Source of the DNA: a bacterium
Lineage (GTDB): Bacteria; Patescibacteriota; Dojkabacteria; SC72
Assembly: GCA_021108295.1 (NCBI GenBank)
Contig: JAIORF010000102.1
Span: 391,041-455,040, forward strand
Direction of reading: 5' to 3'
DNA: 64,000 bases
Shown here: positions 8,663-17,902 of the stretch, one piece after another
Position numbering within the stretch: the stretch's first letter is position 1
Layout: the number at the start of each line of letters is the position of its first letter
Program-made: the position numbers and the translations under genes
Notes under the pieces: generated by a model
Databases searched by the model: none
The model's input: the letters and a program-made list of their open reading frames with translations, nothing else
What the model was told of the DNA's origin: nothing

Positions 8663-10777
8663 CTATTTTTCAACCACAATACGCTTTACAACCACATCTA
8701 AAGCAACTAATATTGCACCATCTGAGAGACTCTTTACATCCATTTCTTCAACACTTACAATCGTATACTCTGTATCCAAAACTTCAATACTGTAATTCCC
8801 CTCATCTACAACAAAACGATAACGCCCCTTACCATCAGTCACCCTCTTCCCCACTATCTTCTTATACTCAACATCTCGTAAACCAATCGCCACATTACTC
8901 AACACACCACCACCCTTCTCTCTAACAACACCATATGCAAGACCCTTCTTAAACAAAGCTTTCGTCACTAACAAGAATGAAGGAATATACAAAGCAATGA
9001 TTAAGAAGTTCAAGATATCAGGATTATTGTAATAAGCATAAAAACTAAACACTAAACCAAAGAGGAATAGAATTGGACTTAAAATCTTTATCAAAATCTT
9101 CATCCTACCACGCATCACAATCATGAACCTACCAAACCATTTGAGTTCCAAAGAATCAAGAGGGATAGAAAACTCTGGGATAATATCATTCTTTACACTA
9201 AATGTATCACCATGATAAATATCTCGTAAAGGATAATCCTCCTTACCAAAAATACTCTTAGATGGGAAACTATACATATTGGAAGACACCTCCAACCTAT
9301 ACTCTCCATCAGGCATAGCAAGATTAAAGAAACCCCTACTACCGGTAACATCCGTCCAAATTAATTTCTTCTCTAAATTGTAAACACGAACAACAGCCTG
9401 AGAGATTGGCTCCTTCGTACCACTATCATAAACATAACCAGAAAGAACACCTTTCTTTCTTAAACCTAACCATGACAACAAACCAAGAAACAATTCAAAC
9501 AGATATATTGGAATATATATCAACCCCCCCAGAAGCGAACCTAGACCAACAGTAAATGTCGCAACTGTAACTGCAGTATTAATACCCTCTAACTCATCAC
9601 CCTGGAAATCACCAAACGCATTCCACAAAACCCCTTTAGTAGTATCTATAATGTCCCTTATCACCCTAACTATAAACGTAGGAACGGGAGCTGGAGGGTC
9701 TGGATCATCAGGCTCAGTTGGATCTCCTGGATCACTCCATTCAGGTATTGATAATTCAATATCACACAATGAAGTCTGGTTACCCACCGTATCAAAAGCA
9801 TCTACACAGAAAGAATACTCAGAGAAAAGATAGGCAATACCATCCTTCTCCAATTCACTAAGCTGAATGACTGTAGTATACACCGAACCATTCGCAGTAG
9901 TAGTTCCACAAGCATATTTAGACCCATCTTGTCTTACACACAAGAATTCAACACTCTCCAAAGACAGATTATCCTCCACCCTATACACTATCTCTACCTC
10001 ATACCCAGATTCCCATTCAACAGTATTGTTCTCACCAATATCACCTACAGACATCAATTCTATTACAGGCCCCTCACTATCTTGCACACTATACACCACA
10101 TTTGACCAACCACCCTGTCCACCATAGCTATTACGTGCCCTCACTCGATAAAAATACATCACCTCATTCTCTAAACTATCAAACTCAAACATAGTACCAC
10201 TCAACCAACCACTAGACTGCTTTACAATACTGAAATCACTATACCTACTTACCTCAATATTGTATTGATAATTAGAACCCAAAGAGTTCCAAAACAAACT
10301 ATTACTATTCCCTTGTGTAAACGCAGGCTCAGCCACTAAAGTCGGTACTCCCACTGGAGTAACATACAATGTAGCACAATCAATTATACTAATCGTAAGC
10401 CCACTATCTGTAATATCATTCGCACATATGGTGTAGGTACCAGGAGTAGCAGCAGACACTTCCACAGTAATTCTACCCTGAGAATTAGACGGAGTGGTTG
10501 GTTGAGTGAAATCTAAACCACTAGCTAAAAGTTCGATATAATGGTTGGGTTGTGGAGCATAACTACTATTTAGAATAGTCACAATAACTGTAGTATCCTC
10601 CATTATCTCTACAGTACTAGGAAACACTTCTACAGTAGAAAATGTGTCTTCTGAAATAGTTGCACTAATATCCACATCACCCTCAAAAGTCACATACTCA
10701 TCTGCAAAAACAAACATTGGGGAAAACAAAAGACATAATAGAAAAACATATATTTTTACAATTCTAGGCAATATCAT
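8663..10777 (-). CDS. Secreted/membrane-anchored surface protein: signal peptide, Ig/FN3-like domains, Pro/Asp linker, C-terminal [TM / CarbopepD_reg-like / TM-TM / CarbopepD_reg-like] anchor module
   Basis: 704 aa. Signal peptide MILPRIVKIYVFLLCLLFSPMFVFA. FN3-like segment (YQYNIEVSRYSDFSIV...YFYRVRARNSYG). PDDPDPPAPVPT linker. The C-terminal ~300 aa are homologous to the C-terminus of the 2013-aa protein at 42594..48635. Confidence 0.6.
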   Translation of the reverse strand: MILPRIVKIYVFLLCLLFSPMFVFADEYVTFEGDVDISATISEDTFSTVEVFPSTVEIMEDTTVIVTILNSSYAPQPNHYIELLASGLDFTQPTTPSNSQGRITVEVSAATPGTYTICANDITDSGLTISIIDCATLYVTPVGVPTLVAEPAFTQGNSNSLFWNSLGSNYQYNIEVSRYSDFSIVKQSSGWLSGTMFEFDSLENEVMYFYRVRARNSYGGQGGWSNVVYSVQDSEGPVIELMSVGDIGENNTVEWESGYEVEIVYRVEDNLSLESVEFLCVRQDGSKYACGTTTANGSVYTTVIQLSELEKDGIAYLFSEYSFCVDAFDTVGNQTSLCDIELSIPEWSDPGDPTEPDDPDPPAPVPTFIVRVIRDIIDTTKGVLWNAFGDFQGDELEGINTAVTVATFTVGLGSLLGGLIYIPIYLFELFLGLLSWLGLRKKGVLSGYVYDSGTKEPISQAVVRVYNLEKKLIWTDVTGSRGFFNLAMPDGEYRLEVSSNMYSFPSKSIFGKEDYPLRDIYHGDTFSVKNDIIPEFSIPLDSLELKWFGRFMIVMRGRMKILIKILSPILFLFGLVFSFYAYYNNPDILNFLIIALYIPSFLLVTKALFKKGLAYGVVREKGGGVLSNVAIGLRDVEYKKIVGKRVTDGKGRYRFVVDEGNYSIEVLDTEYTIVSVEEMDVKSLSDGAILVALDVVVKRIVVEK

Positions 10778-11392
10778 TTATATCTCATCTACAATTTTTT
10801 TAATATATTTATCTAAAGACTCTGTAAAAACAGAATCCCTATAAATATTACTACTCAGTTTAACACCTTTACTACTCTTTGTGTAGCAAGACTTACAAAT
10901 TAGACCAAAAATATTTGAATCAAAGAATTCTAATTTATCTTCACCACCACAAGATTCACACTTATCAAATTCCTGCAGGAAACCAAGCTCTTTTAATAAC
11001 TGTACCCTAAACTTGTTAACTCTCTCTGTATCAATATCACTAGTCATAACACTCTGAAGTAATCGAAAAACTCTCTGATTTGAATCACCCTCCACCAGAA
11101 ATTTGTTTAATATATAAAGAATCCTCTCTATATTATCTGTATTCATCCTCGGAGTGAACTCTGGCATATGAATAAGCTGAGACTCCGTAAGAATAGGCAA
11201 CCCCTTCCCCTCGTAATATGAGATATCACTTGTAGAAAGAGTCTGCATATTACCCCTATTTTTACTCTTAATCTTTCTTATACCCTTCGCTATTATCGCA
11301 AATTTACCATTATACTTTCCAAATACAGTAAGTATCTTATCCGCTTCACTAAAATTCACGGATTTAATTACAGTTACAACATCTCTACTCAT
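10778..11392 (-). CDS. recO: DNA repair protein RecO
   Basis: 204 aa. N-terminal OB-fold region (VIKSVNFSEADKILTVFGKYNGKFAIIAKG) and C-terminal CxxC...CxxC zinc finger (CESCGG...CKSCY), typical of RecO. Confidence 0.6.
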   Translation of the reverse strand: MSRDVVTVIKSVNFSEADKILTVFGKYNGKFAIIAKGIRKIKSKNRGNMQTLSTSDISYYEGKGLPILTESQLIHMPEFTPRMNTDNIERILYILNKFLVEGDSNQRVFRLLQSVMTSDIDTERVNKFRVQLLKELGFLQEFDKCESCGGEDKLEFFDSNIFGLICKSCYTKSSKGVKLSSNIYRDSVFTESLDKYIKKIVDEI

Positions 11393-12021
11393 ATTCTACC
11401 TTTTCCAGTAAATAATACCTTTGGAGTTTTAAAAAGAATCTTGAAATCCAACCATATACTCCTATTCCTTGTATACATAGCTCCTAACTCCAACCTCTGT
11501 TTAAATTTTACACTATTTCTACCAGATATTTGCCAAAGTCCAGTAATACCCGGCTTAACTGTCTGAATTAATCTAATATTCTCCTTTGCAATGGGATCAT
11601 CTCCTCTAAGAATCTTTTCAACTTCCCATTTCATATATGGACGAGGACCAACAAGGGACATATTACCCAAGATTATATTTATAACCTGTGGTATTTCATC
11701 TAAATCTGTCTTTCTTAACAACTTACCCAACCAAGTTACACGAATATCCATATTAAGTGGAATCTTATTATTGTTATCCAGTATTACCTGTAACCCAGAA
11801 TTCTCTTTCAATATTTCTTCATTATTAATCTTCATCGTCCTAAATTTGTACATAAAGAAAGGTTTGAAGTGAGAAATACGCTTACTATCCGAAACAAAGA
11901 CAGGGCCTTTGCTAGAAAGTATGATTAGGATGGAAATCAGAAACATCAAAGGAGAAAAAACTATCCAAAGTATTACTGCAATAGAGATGTCTAAAAGACG
12001 TTTACTTGTTCTGTATAACAT
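11389..12021 (-). CDS. Small (PglC/WbaP C-terminal-type) initiating phosphoglycosyl transferase, bacterial sugar transferase family
   Basis: 210 aa. Single N-terminal TM helix. KRLLDISIAV start. Conserved motifs GPRP and KPGITGLWQISGRN of the Bac_transf family. Confidence 0.75.
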   Translation of the reverse strand: MLYRTSKRLLDISIAVILWIVFSPLMFLISILIILSSKGPVFVSDSKRISHFKPFFMYKFRTMKINNEEILKENSGLQVILDNNNKIPLNMDIRVTWLGKLLRKTDLDEIPQVINIILGNMSLVGPRPYMKWEVEKILRGDDPIAKENIRLIQTVKPGITGLWQISGRNSVKFKQRLELGAMYTRNRSIWLDFKILFKTPKVLFTGKGRI

Positions 12022-13198
12022 CTTCTATGTAATTTTTAAGTTTATACATAAATATTGAGGCAGTAAACTCTTGAGCATGGTTAATACAATTCCTACTATC
12101 GTATTCTTCTTCTTTGAAATTCTTTAATATTTTCGCTAACTCTTCTACCTTATACTTCCTAAAGAAAATACCAGTCTTGGGGTTACTTGATGATATTGTT
12201 TCAACTACCCCACCACTTCTGTAAGCAATCACTGCACTACCTGCAGCATTAGCTTCCACAGGGACTATACCAAAGTCTTCGCCCCTTACTGGAAATATTA
12301 AGGCTTTGCATCTTTGCATCATCTTTGCTTTCTTCGTATCTGAGATAAAACCCAAGAATTTTACTAAACCCTTAGCATTTAACTCTTTTACCAAATCCTT
12401 CATCCTTTGTTCATCGTCACCCTTACCTATGATCTTAAGAGGAACCTTAGCTTCTATACAAGCCCTAATTGCAAGTTCTACACCTTTATATGTTTCAATA
12501 CGACCTACATACAAAAACCAATGTTCTTTCTTATTCATAATTCTCTCTGGTCGCATATCCTCAACCTCAACAGGAGGATACATGACATCTGCATTTACAT
12601 CATAATATTTCTTAATACGTCTTTTGACAACCTTGGAGTTAGCGATCATATGGTCTACTCTTTGAGCAGCTTTAATATCCCAACTTTTCCAAATATCCTC
12701 AAGAAAGGTGTCCATAAAGAAGGAATAGAAATTAAATAACATCTTGTTAACCCCCTCTAACTGATCTTCTTTCTTTAGACTCCTATCATTCTTCTGCCAA
12801 AGAAACTTAGGAGGAGACATACAGTAGTTTACATGCTTCTTACCTCTTGGTGCTTTAGCAAATTTCGCAAAAGCTATTGAGAGAGAAAGTACTCCATCAA
12901 AATTCCTTAAGTTCAAACTTTTGAATGCTAACGGTTGTAAAAGAAGATAGAGGTATTTCAACCTATCCTTCCATGGTAGGTACTGCATAAAAGAGGAATG
13001 TATTTTTACATTAGGGAAATACTTCTTAACAAACTCTTTGTCGTAGTAAGGTACAAACAGTTCTGCATTAGGAAATGTTTGTAAGATATATTTTAAGTGC
13101 TTCTCTGCTCCACCTCGTTTATAGAGTGGGTCGAATACAACAGCAAGTTTTAAATCCGATTGGGGTAGTTCTTGTTTCAAAGATTTCTCTTTATGCAT
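12002..13198 (-). CDS. Glycosyltransferase family 4 (GT-B, retaining)
   Basis: 398 aa. C-terminal GT4 signature EDFGIVPVEANAAGSAVIAYRSGG (E-x7-E motif). Confidence 0.7.
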   Translation of the reverse strand: MHKEKSLKQELPQSDLKLAVVFDPLYKRGGAEKHLKYILQTFPNAELFVPYYDKEFVKKYFPNVKIHSSFMQYLPWKDRLKYLYLLLQPLAFKSLNLRNFDGVLSLSIAFAKFAKAPRGKKHVNYCMSPPKFLWQKNDRSLKKEDQLEGVNKMLFNFYSFFMDTFLEDIWKSWDIKAAQRVDHMIANSKVVKRRIKKYYDVNADVMYPPVEVEDMRPERIMNKKEHWFLYVGRIETYKGVELAIRACIEAKVPLKIIGKGDDEQRMKDLVKELNAKGLVKFLGFISDTKKAKMMQRCKALIFPVRGEDFGIVPVEANAAGSAVIAYRSGGVVETISSSNPKTGIFFRKYKVEELAKILKNFKEEEYDSRNCINHAQEFTASIFMYKLKNYIEDVIQNK

Positions 13199-14327
13199 TA
13201 ATTTGTTTAAGATATTGATTTATGTTCTCCAAGAATATACTTTCACTAAATTCTCTTGCCCTATCTATTATCTTGGCTCTATTATACCTCTTTTTATCAA
13301 AATCCTTAAGTAGGGAAGTTAATTCATCATTTGTTGAGAAAAACTTACCACATATATTATCACGTACAGTTTCAGTAACCCCTCCCTCATTGTAAGCTAA
13401 TATTGGTGTACCCTGTGCCATAGCTTCGACAGGAATTAGACCGAAGTCTTCTATACCACAGAAGAGTAGTACTTTAGCTTGCTTGTAGAGCATCCTTACC
13501 TCTCTATCACTATCTAAGAAGCCATTAAAGTAAATATTCCCGTGTCCTTTTGCTAATTTCTTAAGATATTTGTAATCAGGACCGTTACCTACAATTACTA
13601 AATTATCTCCAGTTTCTATACAAGACCTTATTGCCCTATCTACTCGTTTGTAGTCATAGAGTCTGGATACAACCAATACAAAGTCTTTAGGTACCTGATA
13701 TCTCAACAACACCTCATCTATCTCTTCTTGTTCGAATTCCTCGAAATATTGATTAGCAATTCCTGGATAGATTACTTTAGATTTAACACCATATCTTTTC
13801 TTAATCTTTTTTGCTATGAAGTGGGAGTTTGCTATCCAGTAGTCTACTCTTGGTACAAGACTGATATCCCAAAGTCTAAGGTAGTTATTCAAAACAACAG
13901 AAATGAGTTTGTAAATATTTTTAAATCTGCTTGCTCGTACATTCAATTCATAATCCCAAAGAGCTCTAGGTGGTGTCATGACCATAGCTATATGGGTTTG
14001 CCCTATGTTAGGGATTATACCTTTAGCTGGTCCTGCGGATATACTTATTACAGTATCGTACTTTCTTAGGTCAAATCCTTCATACACTATTGGATTTAAT
14101 ACCTTAAAATGTTTAGAGAATTTATACTTAAATGGGAGTTTTTGGACAACACTAGTATATATCTTGTGTTTAATTTTTACATTTGTGTATCCTTTTGGAT
14201 TAAAAAGGACTGTATAGACATGGGCGTTGGGTAGTAATTTAAGCAAAGAGAACATTTCTCTATCTGCACCACCAAAGGCAGTCATTTGATCTGCAATTAC
14301 AGCAACATTACCAAGATTTAGATTCAT
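13191..14327 (-). CDS. Glycosyltransferase family 4
   Basis: 378 aa. EDFGLIPVEAMAQGTPILAYNEGGVTE GT4 motif. Confidence 0.7.
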   Translation of the reverse strand: MNLNLGNVAVIADQMTAFGGADREMFSLLKLLPNAHVYTVLFNPKGYTNVKIKHKIYTSVVQKLPFKYKFSKHFKVLNPIVYEGFDLRKYDTVISISAGPAKGIIPNIGQTHIAMVMTPPRALWDYELNVRASRFKNIYKLISVVLNNYLRLWDISLVPRVDYWIANSHFIAKKIKKRYGVKSKVIYPGIANQYFEEFEQEEIDEVLLRYQVPKDFVLVVSRLYDYKRVDRAIRSCIETGDNLVIVGNGPDYKYLKKLAKGHGNIYFNGFLDSDREVRMLYKQAKVLLFCGIEDFGLIPVEAMAQGTPILAYNEGGVTETVRDNICGKFFSTNDELTSLLKDFDKKRYNRAKIIDRAREFSESIFLENINQYLKQINA

Positions 14328-14333
14328 GAAGCA

Positions 14334-14816
14334 TTATAGCGTTGGAAGGTCGTCAGGGTCTAGGCCTAGGTCGTCAAAAGTATTCTCTTCGTCATCTTCT
14401 TTATCCAACAAACCGGAGATATCAGCGATATTCTCTGATGAAGCAGGTGCATCTGTTTCTGTATTTTCAAAAATGTCTTCTAACTCTGTAACCTCTTCGG
14501 GAGTAATGGTATCTGCATCATCGTCTGCACCATTTACAACATTATTATCATCTTCTGAGATAATGATTATATTAGGCTCTTCTTCTTCATTCTTTTCAAT
14601 CTGGGAATTAACTATACTCTCTTTTAACTGCTCTATTAATTCTTGTGCTTCACTACCAAATTTCTCAACTACATCAATAACTCTCATCTCTTTTCCGCAC
14701 TTACCACAAAACTCTACATGTTCTTTCTCGTGTCCACAGTCAGGACATGAATAGAAAATGACATGAACATTTACTCTTTGGGTAACAACACCTTTTTTAT
14801 CACTAGCTTTTGCCAT
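14334..14816 (-). CDS. Hypothetical zinc-ribbon protein with highly acidic C-terminal tail, co-transcribed downstream of secA
   Basis: 160 aa. CPDCGHEKEHVEFCGKCGKEM is a CxxC-x10-CxxC zinc ribbon. The C-terminal half is D/E-rich (DDDADTITPEEVTELEDIFEN...DDLGLDPDDLPTL). Confidence 0.4.
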   Translation of the reverse strand: MAKASDKKGVVTQRVNVHVIFYSCPDCGHEKEHVEFCGKCGKEMRVIDVVEKFGSEAQELIEQLKESIVNSQIEKNEEEEPNIIIISEDDNNVVNGADDDADTITPEEVTELEDIFENTETDAPASSENIADISGLLDKEDDEENTFDDLGLDPDDLPTL

Positions 14817-14903
14817 GTTTAACGCTATAAGATTTGAACTATATGTTAATAAAGCATAGTATACAAATCTGTATTGGTCAATAACCTTATAGTCCTAGCT
14901 ATT

Positions 14904-17807
14904 TTACTCATACTTAGGATAGCAACACTTTTTATACTTCTTACCACTACCACAAGGACAAGGTTCGTTCCTTCCTACCTTAATCCCTTTTTGTACAGTA
15001 GTTTGTTTTGCAACTTTCCCAGGTCTATTATCACTCCCCTGTATCTGTGGTCTGCTTTGTTGCATTCTTTGAGGAAGCATAGGTGCATCTCTTTTTACAA
15101 TTCGGACCTTAAAGAACCTATTCACTATACTTGTATCAATACTCCCAAGCATACTATCAAACATTTCAAATCCTTCATTCTTGTATTCTACCAATGGATC
15201 TCTTTGTGCAAGATTACGAAGAGAGATACCTTCTCTTAAATCTCCCATATTATCCAAATGCTCCATCCAGTATCTATCGAAGGATTGTAAGACAAGTAGC
15301 TTACAAAGCTCTTTTAATGGTTCCTGATCAATTACTTGGGTATGGAGTATGAATGCAACAAAGATTAATCTTTTTAATTTGGTAGAACTAGCTAAGTCTT
15401 TTTCTGAGTATTTTAGTAACTTCATAATCTTCTCATAGATTTCTTCTGTAAGAAGATTTTCTGCTTGCATTACAACCCTACTTCTTTCTTCTTCATCAAT
15501 TTCCATATCATCAGACCTCTGAGAAGCCAAGAGGAAGTCTACCTGCTCCAATTCTTTCTTAAGTAACCATATTTCAAGTGGTGTATATCCGTAAGTAAAC
15601 TCAGAGAGTATTTCAATATCCCAAGTGTGAGATTGATTAAGGTTGAATGCGTCTAATTGGTCTTGTAATTTCTCAATATTGGTATCTAGTGCAAGCTTAG
15701 TATCCGCTTTAGCTTCAAACTTTAGTTCTTTCCTATCCCATTGAGAGGTTTTTAATATGTTTGTTCGTAGTCCATAGATAATATCTCTTTGTGTATTGAG
15801 TACATCATCATATTCAACTAGGTGCTTACGGATATCGTAGTTATGGGCTTCTACTTTCTTTTGAGCATTCTCTATGGTTTTACCAAGTACACCAAGAGAT
15901 ATTGGGATATCCTCTTCTAGTCCTACTTGAGACATAATCATTTGCATCTTGTCTCCTCCGAACAGTCTCATTAGATCGTCTTCAAAGGATACATAGAATT
16001 TTGTTTTACCTGGATCCCCCTGTCTTCCTGCTCTACCTCTTAGCTGATTGTCTATTCTCCTAGATTCGTGTCTTTCAGAAGCTATTACATAGAGTCCTCC
16101 CAAGTCTACTACTCCATCTCCTAGTGCAATGTCAGTACCTCGTCCTGCCATATTTGTAGCAATTGTGACAGCTCCTTTCTGCCCTGCTTTTGAGATGATC
16201 TTAGCTTCACGTTCATGGTATTTAGCATTAAGTACTTCGTGTGGTACTCCCTCTTTAGAAAGTAGGCTAGAGAGTAGTTCTGATTTCTCAACTGACGCTG
16301 TACCTACAAGCATTGGTTGTCCTTTCTTGTGATGTTCTTTGATATCTTCTACCACTGCATTGAATTTCCCTTCGTGTGTTTTGTAAACCACATCATTTGC
16401 ATCTTCTCTGATTACCGGACTATTGGTTGGTACTACAATTGTATCTAGTCCATAGATTGATGAGAACTCTTCTGCTTCTGTAATTGCGGTTGCTGTCATG
16501 CCTGAGAAGTATGAGTAGAGTCTAAAGTAGTTCTGAAGTGTAACAGTAGCCATCGTACGAGACTCTCTTTTGACTTCTACACCCTCTTTAGCCTCAATTG
16601 CTTGATGTAAGCCTTCGCTGTATCTTCTACCGCTCATAGCTCTTCCTGTGAATTCGTCTACTATTACTATTTCTCCATCTCTTATCATATATTTGTCATC
16701 TAAGTGGTAGAGTTCTTTTGCTTTAAGTGCATTGTCTAAATGGTATGCTAATTGGGCGTTTTCATATACATTGTCTACTTTAAGAATTTTCTCTACAGCA
16801 TCTATCCCACTATCAGTAAGTGATACTGCGTGTGCTTTTTCATCTATTACATAGTGTTTCTCTGGATTAAGGCTTCTAACTAGTGTAGAGAATTGTTTGT
16901 ACATATCGTTTGAGTCTTGAGCACTGGTAGAGATGATGAGGGGGGTTCTTGCTTCATCAATGAGGATGGAGTCTGCTTCGTCTACAATGGAAAAATATCT
17001 TGGTCCTTGAACTCTGTCATCCAGATTCCTTACCATATTATCTCTTAGGTAATCAAAGCCATATTCATTGTTAGTACCGTATACCACATCGCATGCATAT
17101 GCTTCTTTCTTAGTACATTCTACTAGGTTTACACCACTCATATGATCATATTTAAGTCTTCCAAAATCTTTCTCTTTCTTTTCTCTCTCTGCTATCAATT
17201 CCTTCGCTTCATCTCCTTTGAGTTTAAGAGCTTCTTTATCTGTGATATATCGGTACTGAGCTCCTGAGTTAATTGCGGCCACACTTATACCGAGTGATCC
17301 TAGTATATGTCCATTCCATTCTGCATCTCTTTTGGCTAGGTAATCATTTACTGTAACTAGGTGTGCTCCTCTTCCAGTTAGAGCATACAGATAGAGTGGC
17401 ATATTAGCAGCTAGAGTTTTTCCTTCTCCCGTGAAGAGTTCTGCAATTTTGTTGTCAAAGAGTACATATGCTGCTGTCATCTGTACATCGAAGTGTCTAT
17501 GGTTAGCTACTCTCTTAGACGCTTCTCTTACTGTAGCGAATGCTTCTGGTAATATTTCGTAGAGTTTCTCTTTCTCTCCTTCCAAAACTATATCCAATTG
17601 TTCTTTGTCTAGGATTGTAAAATCCTCTCTGGCTTTTATTAGATCTACACCTATCTTCTTCCGAAATTCTTTCGTCTTATTCTGAAGTTGTTCGTCAGAG
17701 AGATTAGAGTATTTGTCTTCTAACTCTTTTATCTCCTCCACTATTGGTTGTATTTTTAGTAATTGTTTTTCGTTTGAGTCGAAAAACTTACTTAGAAGTT
17801 GAAGCAT
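14904..17807 (-). CDS. secA: Preprotein translocase ATPase SecA
   Basis: 967 aa. DEAD-like motor motifs (GEGKTL, DEADSILIDEARTPLIIS, TNMAGRGTDI). C-terminal zinc-binding tail CPCGSGKKYKKCC. Confidence 0.95.
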   Translation of the reverse strand: MLQLLSKFFDSNEKQLLKIQPIVEEIKELEDKYSNLSDEQLQNKTKEFRKKIGVDLIKAREDFTILDKEQLDIVLEGEKEKLYEILPEAFATVREASKRVANHRHFDVQMTAAYVLFDNKIAELFTGEGKTLAANMPLYLYALTGRGAHLVTVNDYLAKRDAEWNGHILGSLGISVAAINSGAQYRYITDKEALKLKGDEAKELIAEREKKEKDFGRLKYDHMSGVNLVECTKKEAYACDVVYGTNNEYGFDYLRDNMVRNLDDRVQGPRYFSIVDEADSILIDEARTPLIISTSAQDSNDMYKQFSTLVRSLNPEKHYVIDEKAHAVSLTDSGIDAVEKILKVDNVYENAQLAYHLDNALKAKELYHLDDKYMIRDGEIVIVDEFTGRAMSGRRYSEGLHQAIEAKEGVEVKRESRTMATVTLQNYFRLYSYFSGMTATAITEAEEFSSIYGLDTIVVPTNSPVIREDANDVVYKTHEGKFNAVVEDIKEHHKKGQPMLVGTASVEKSELLSSLLSKEGVPHEVLNAKYHEREAKIISKAGQKGAVTIATNMAGRGTDIALGDGVVDLGGLYVIASERHESRRIDNQLRGRAGRQGDPGKTKFYVSFEDDLMRLFGGDKMQMIMSQVGLEEDIPISLGVLGKTIENAQKKVEAHNYDIRKHLVEYDDVLNTQRDIIYGLRTNILKTSQWDRKELKFEAKADTKLALDTNIEKLQDQLDAFNLNQSHTWDIEILSEFTYGYTPLEIWLLKKELEQVDFLLASQRSDDMEIDEEERSRVVMQAENLLTEEIYEKIMKLLKYSEKDLASSTKLKRLIFVAFILHTQVIDQEPLKELCKLLVLQSFDRYWMEHLDNMGDLREGISLRNLAQRDPLVEYKNEGFEMFDSMLGSIDTSIVNRFFKVRIVKRDAPMLPQRMQQSRPQIQGSDNRPGKVAKQTTVQKGIKVGRNEPCPCGSGKKYKKCCYPKYE

Positions 17808-17902
17808 GTTTGAATATATATTATTAAGTATTCATTAGCATATTATCATCTATGGTGCTAAATATCTAGAATCTGATACCCAATCTCCTTGTCGTTCATC
17901 TT

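Noticed and set aside
14326-14754. 142-aa Ser-rich + strand ORF.
   Set aside because: It is an antisense shadow of the D/E-rich (GAN/GAA-repeat) coding region of the Zn-ribbon acidic protein on the minus strand. It has low complexity and no start context.
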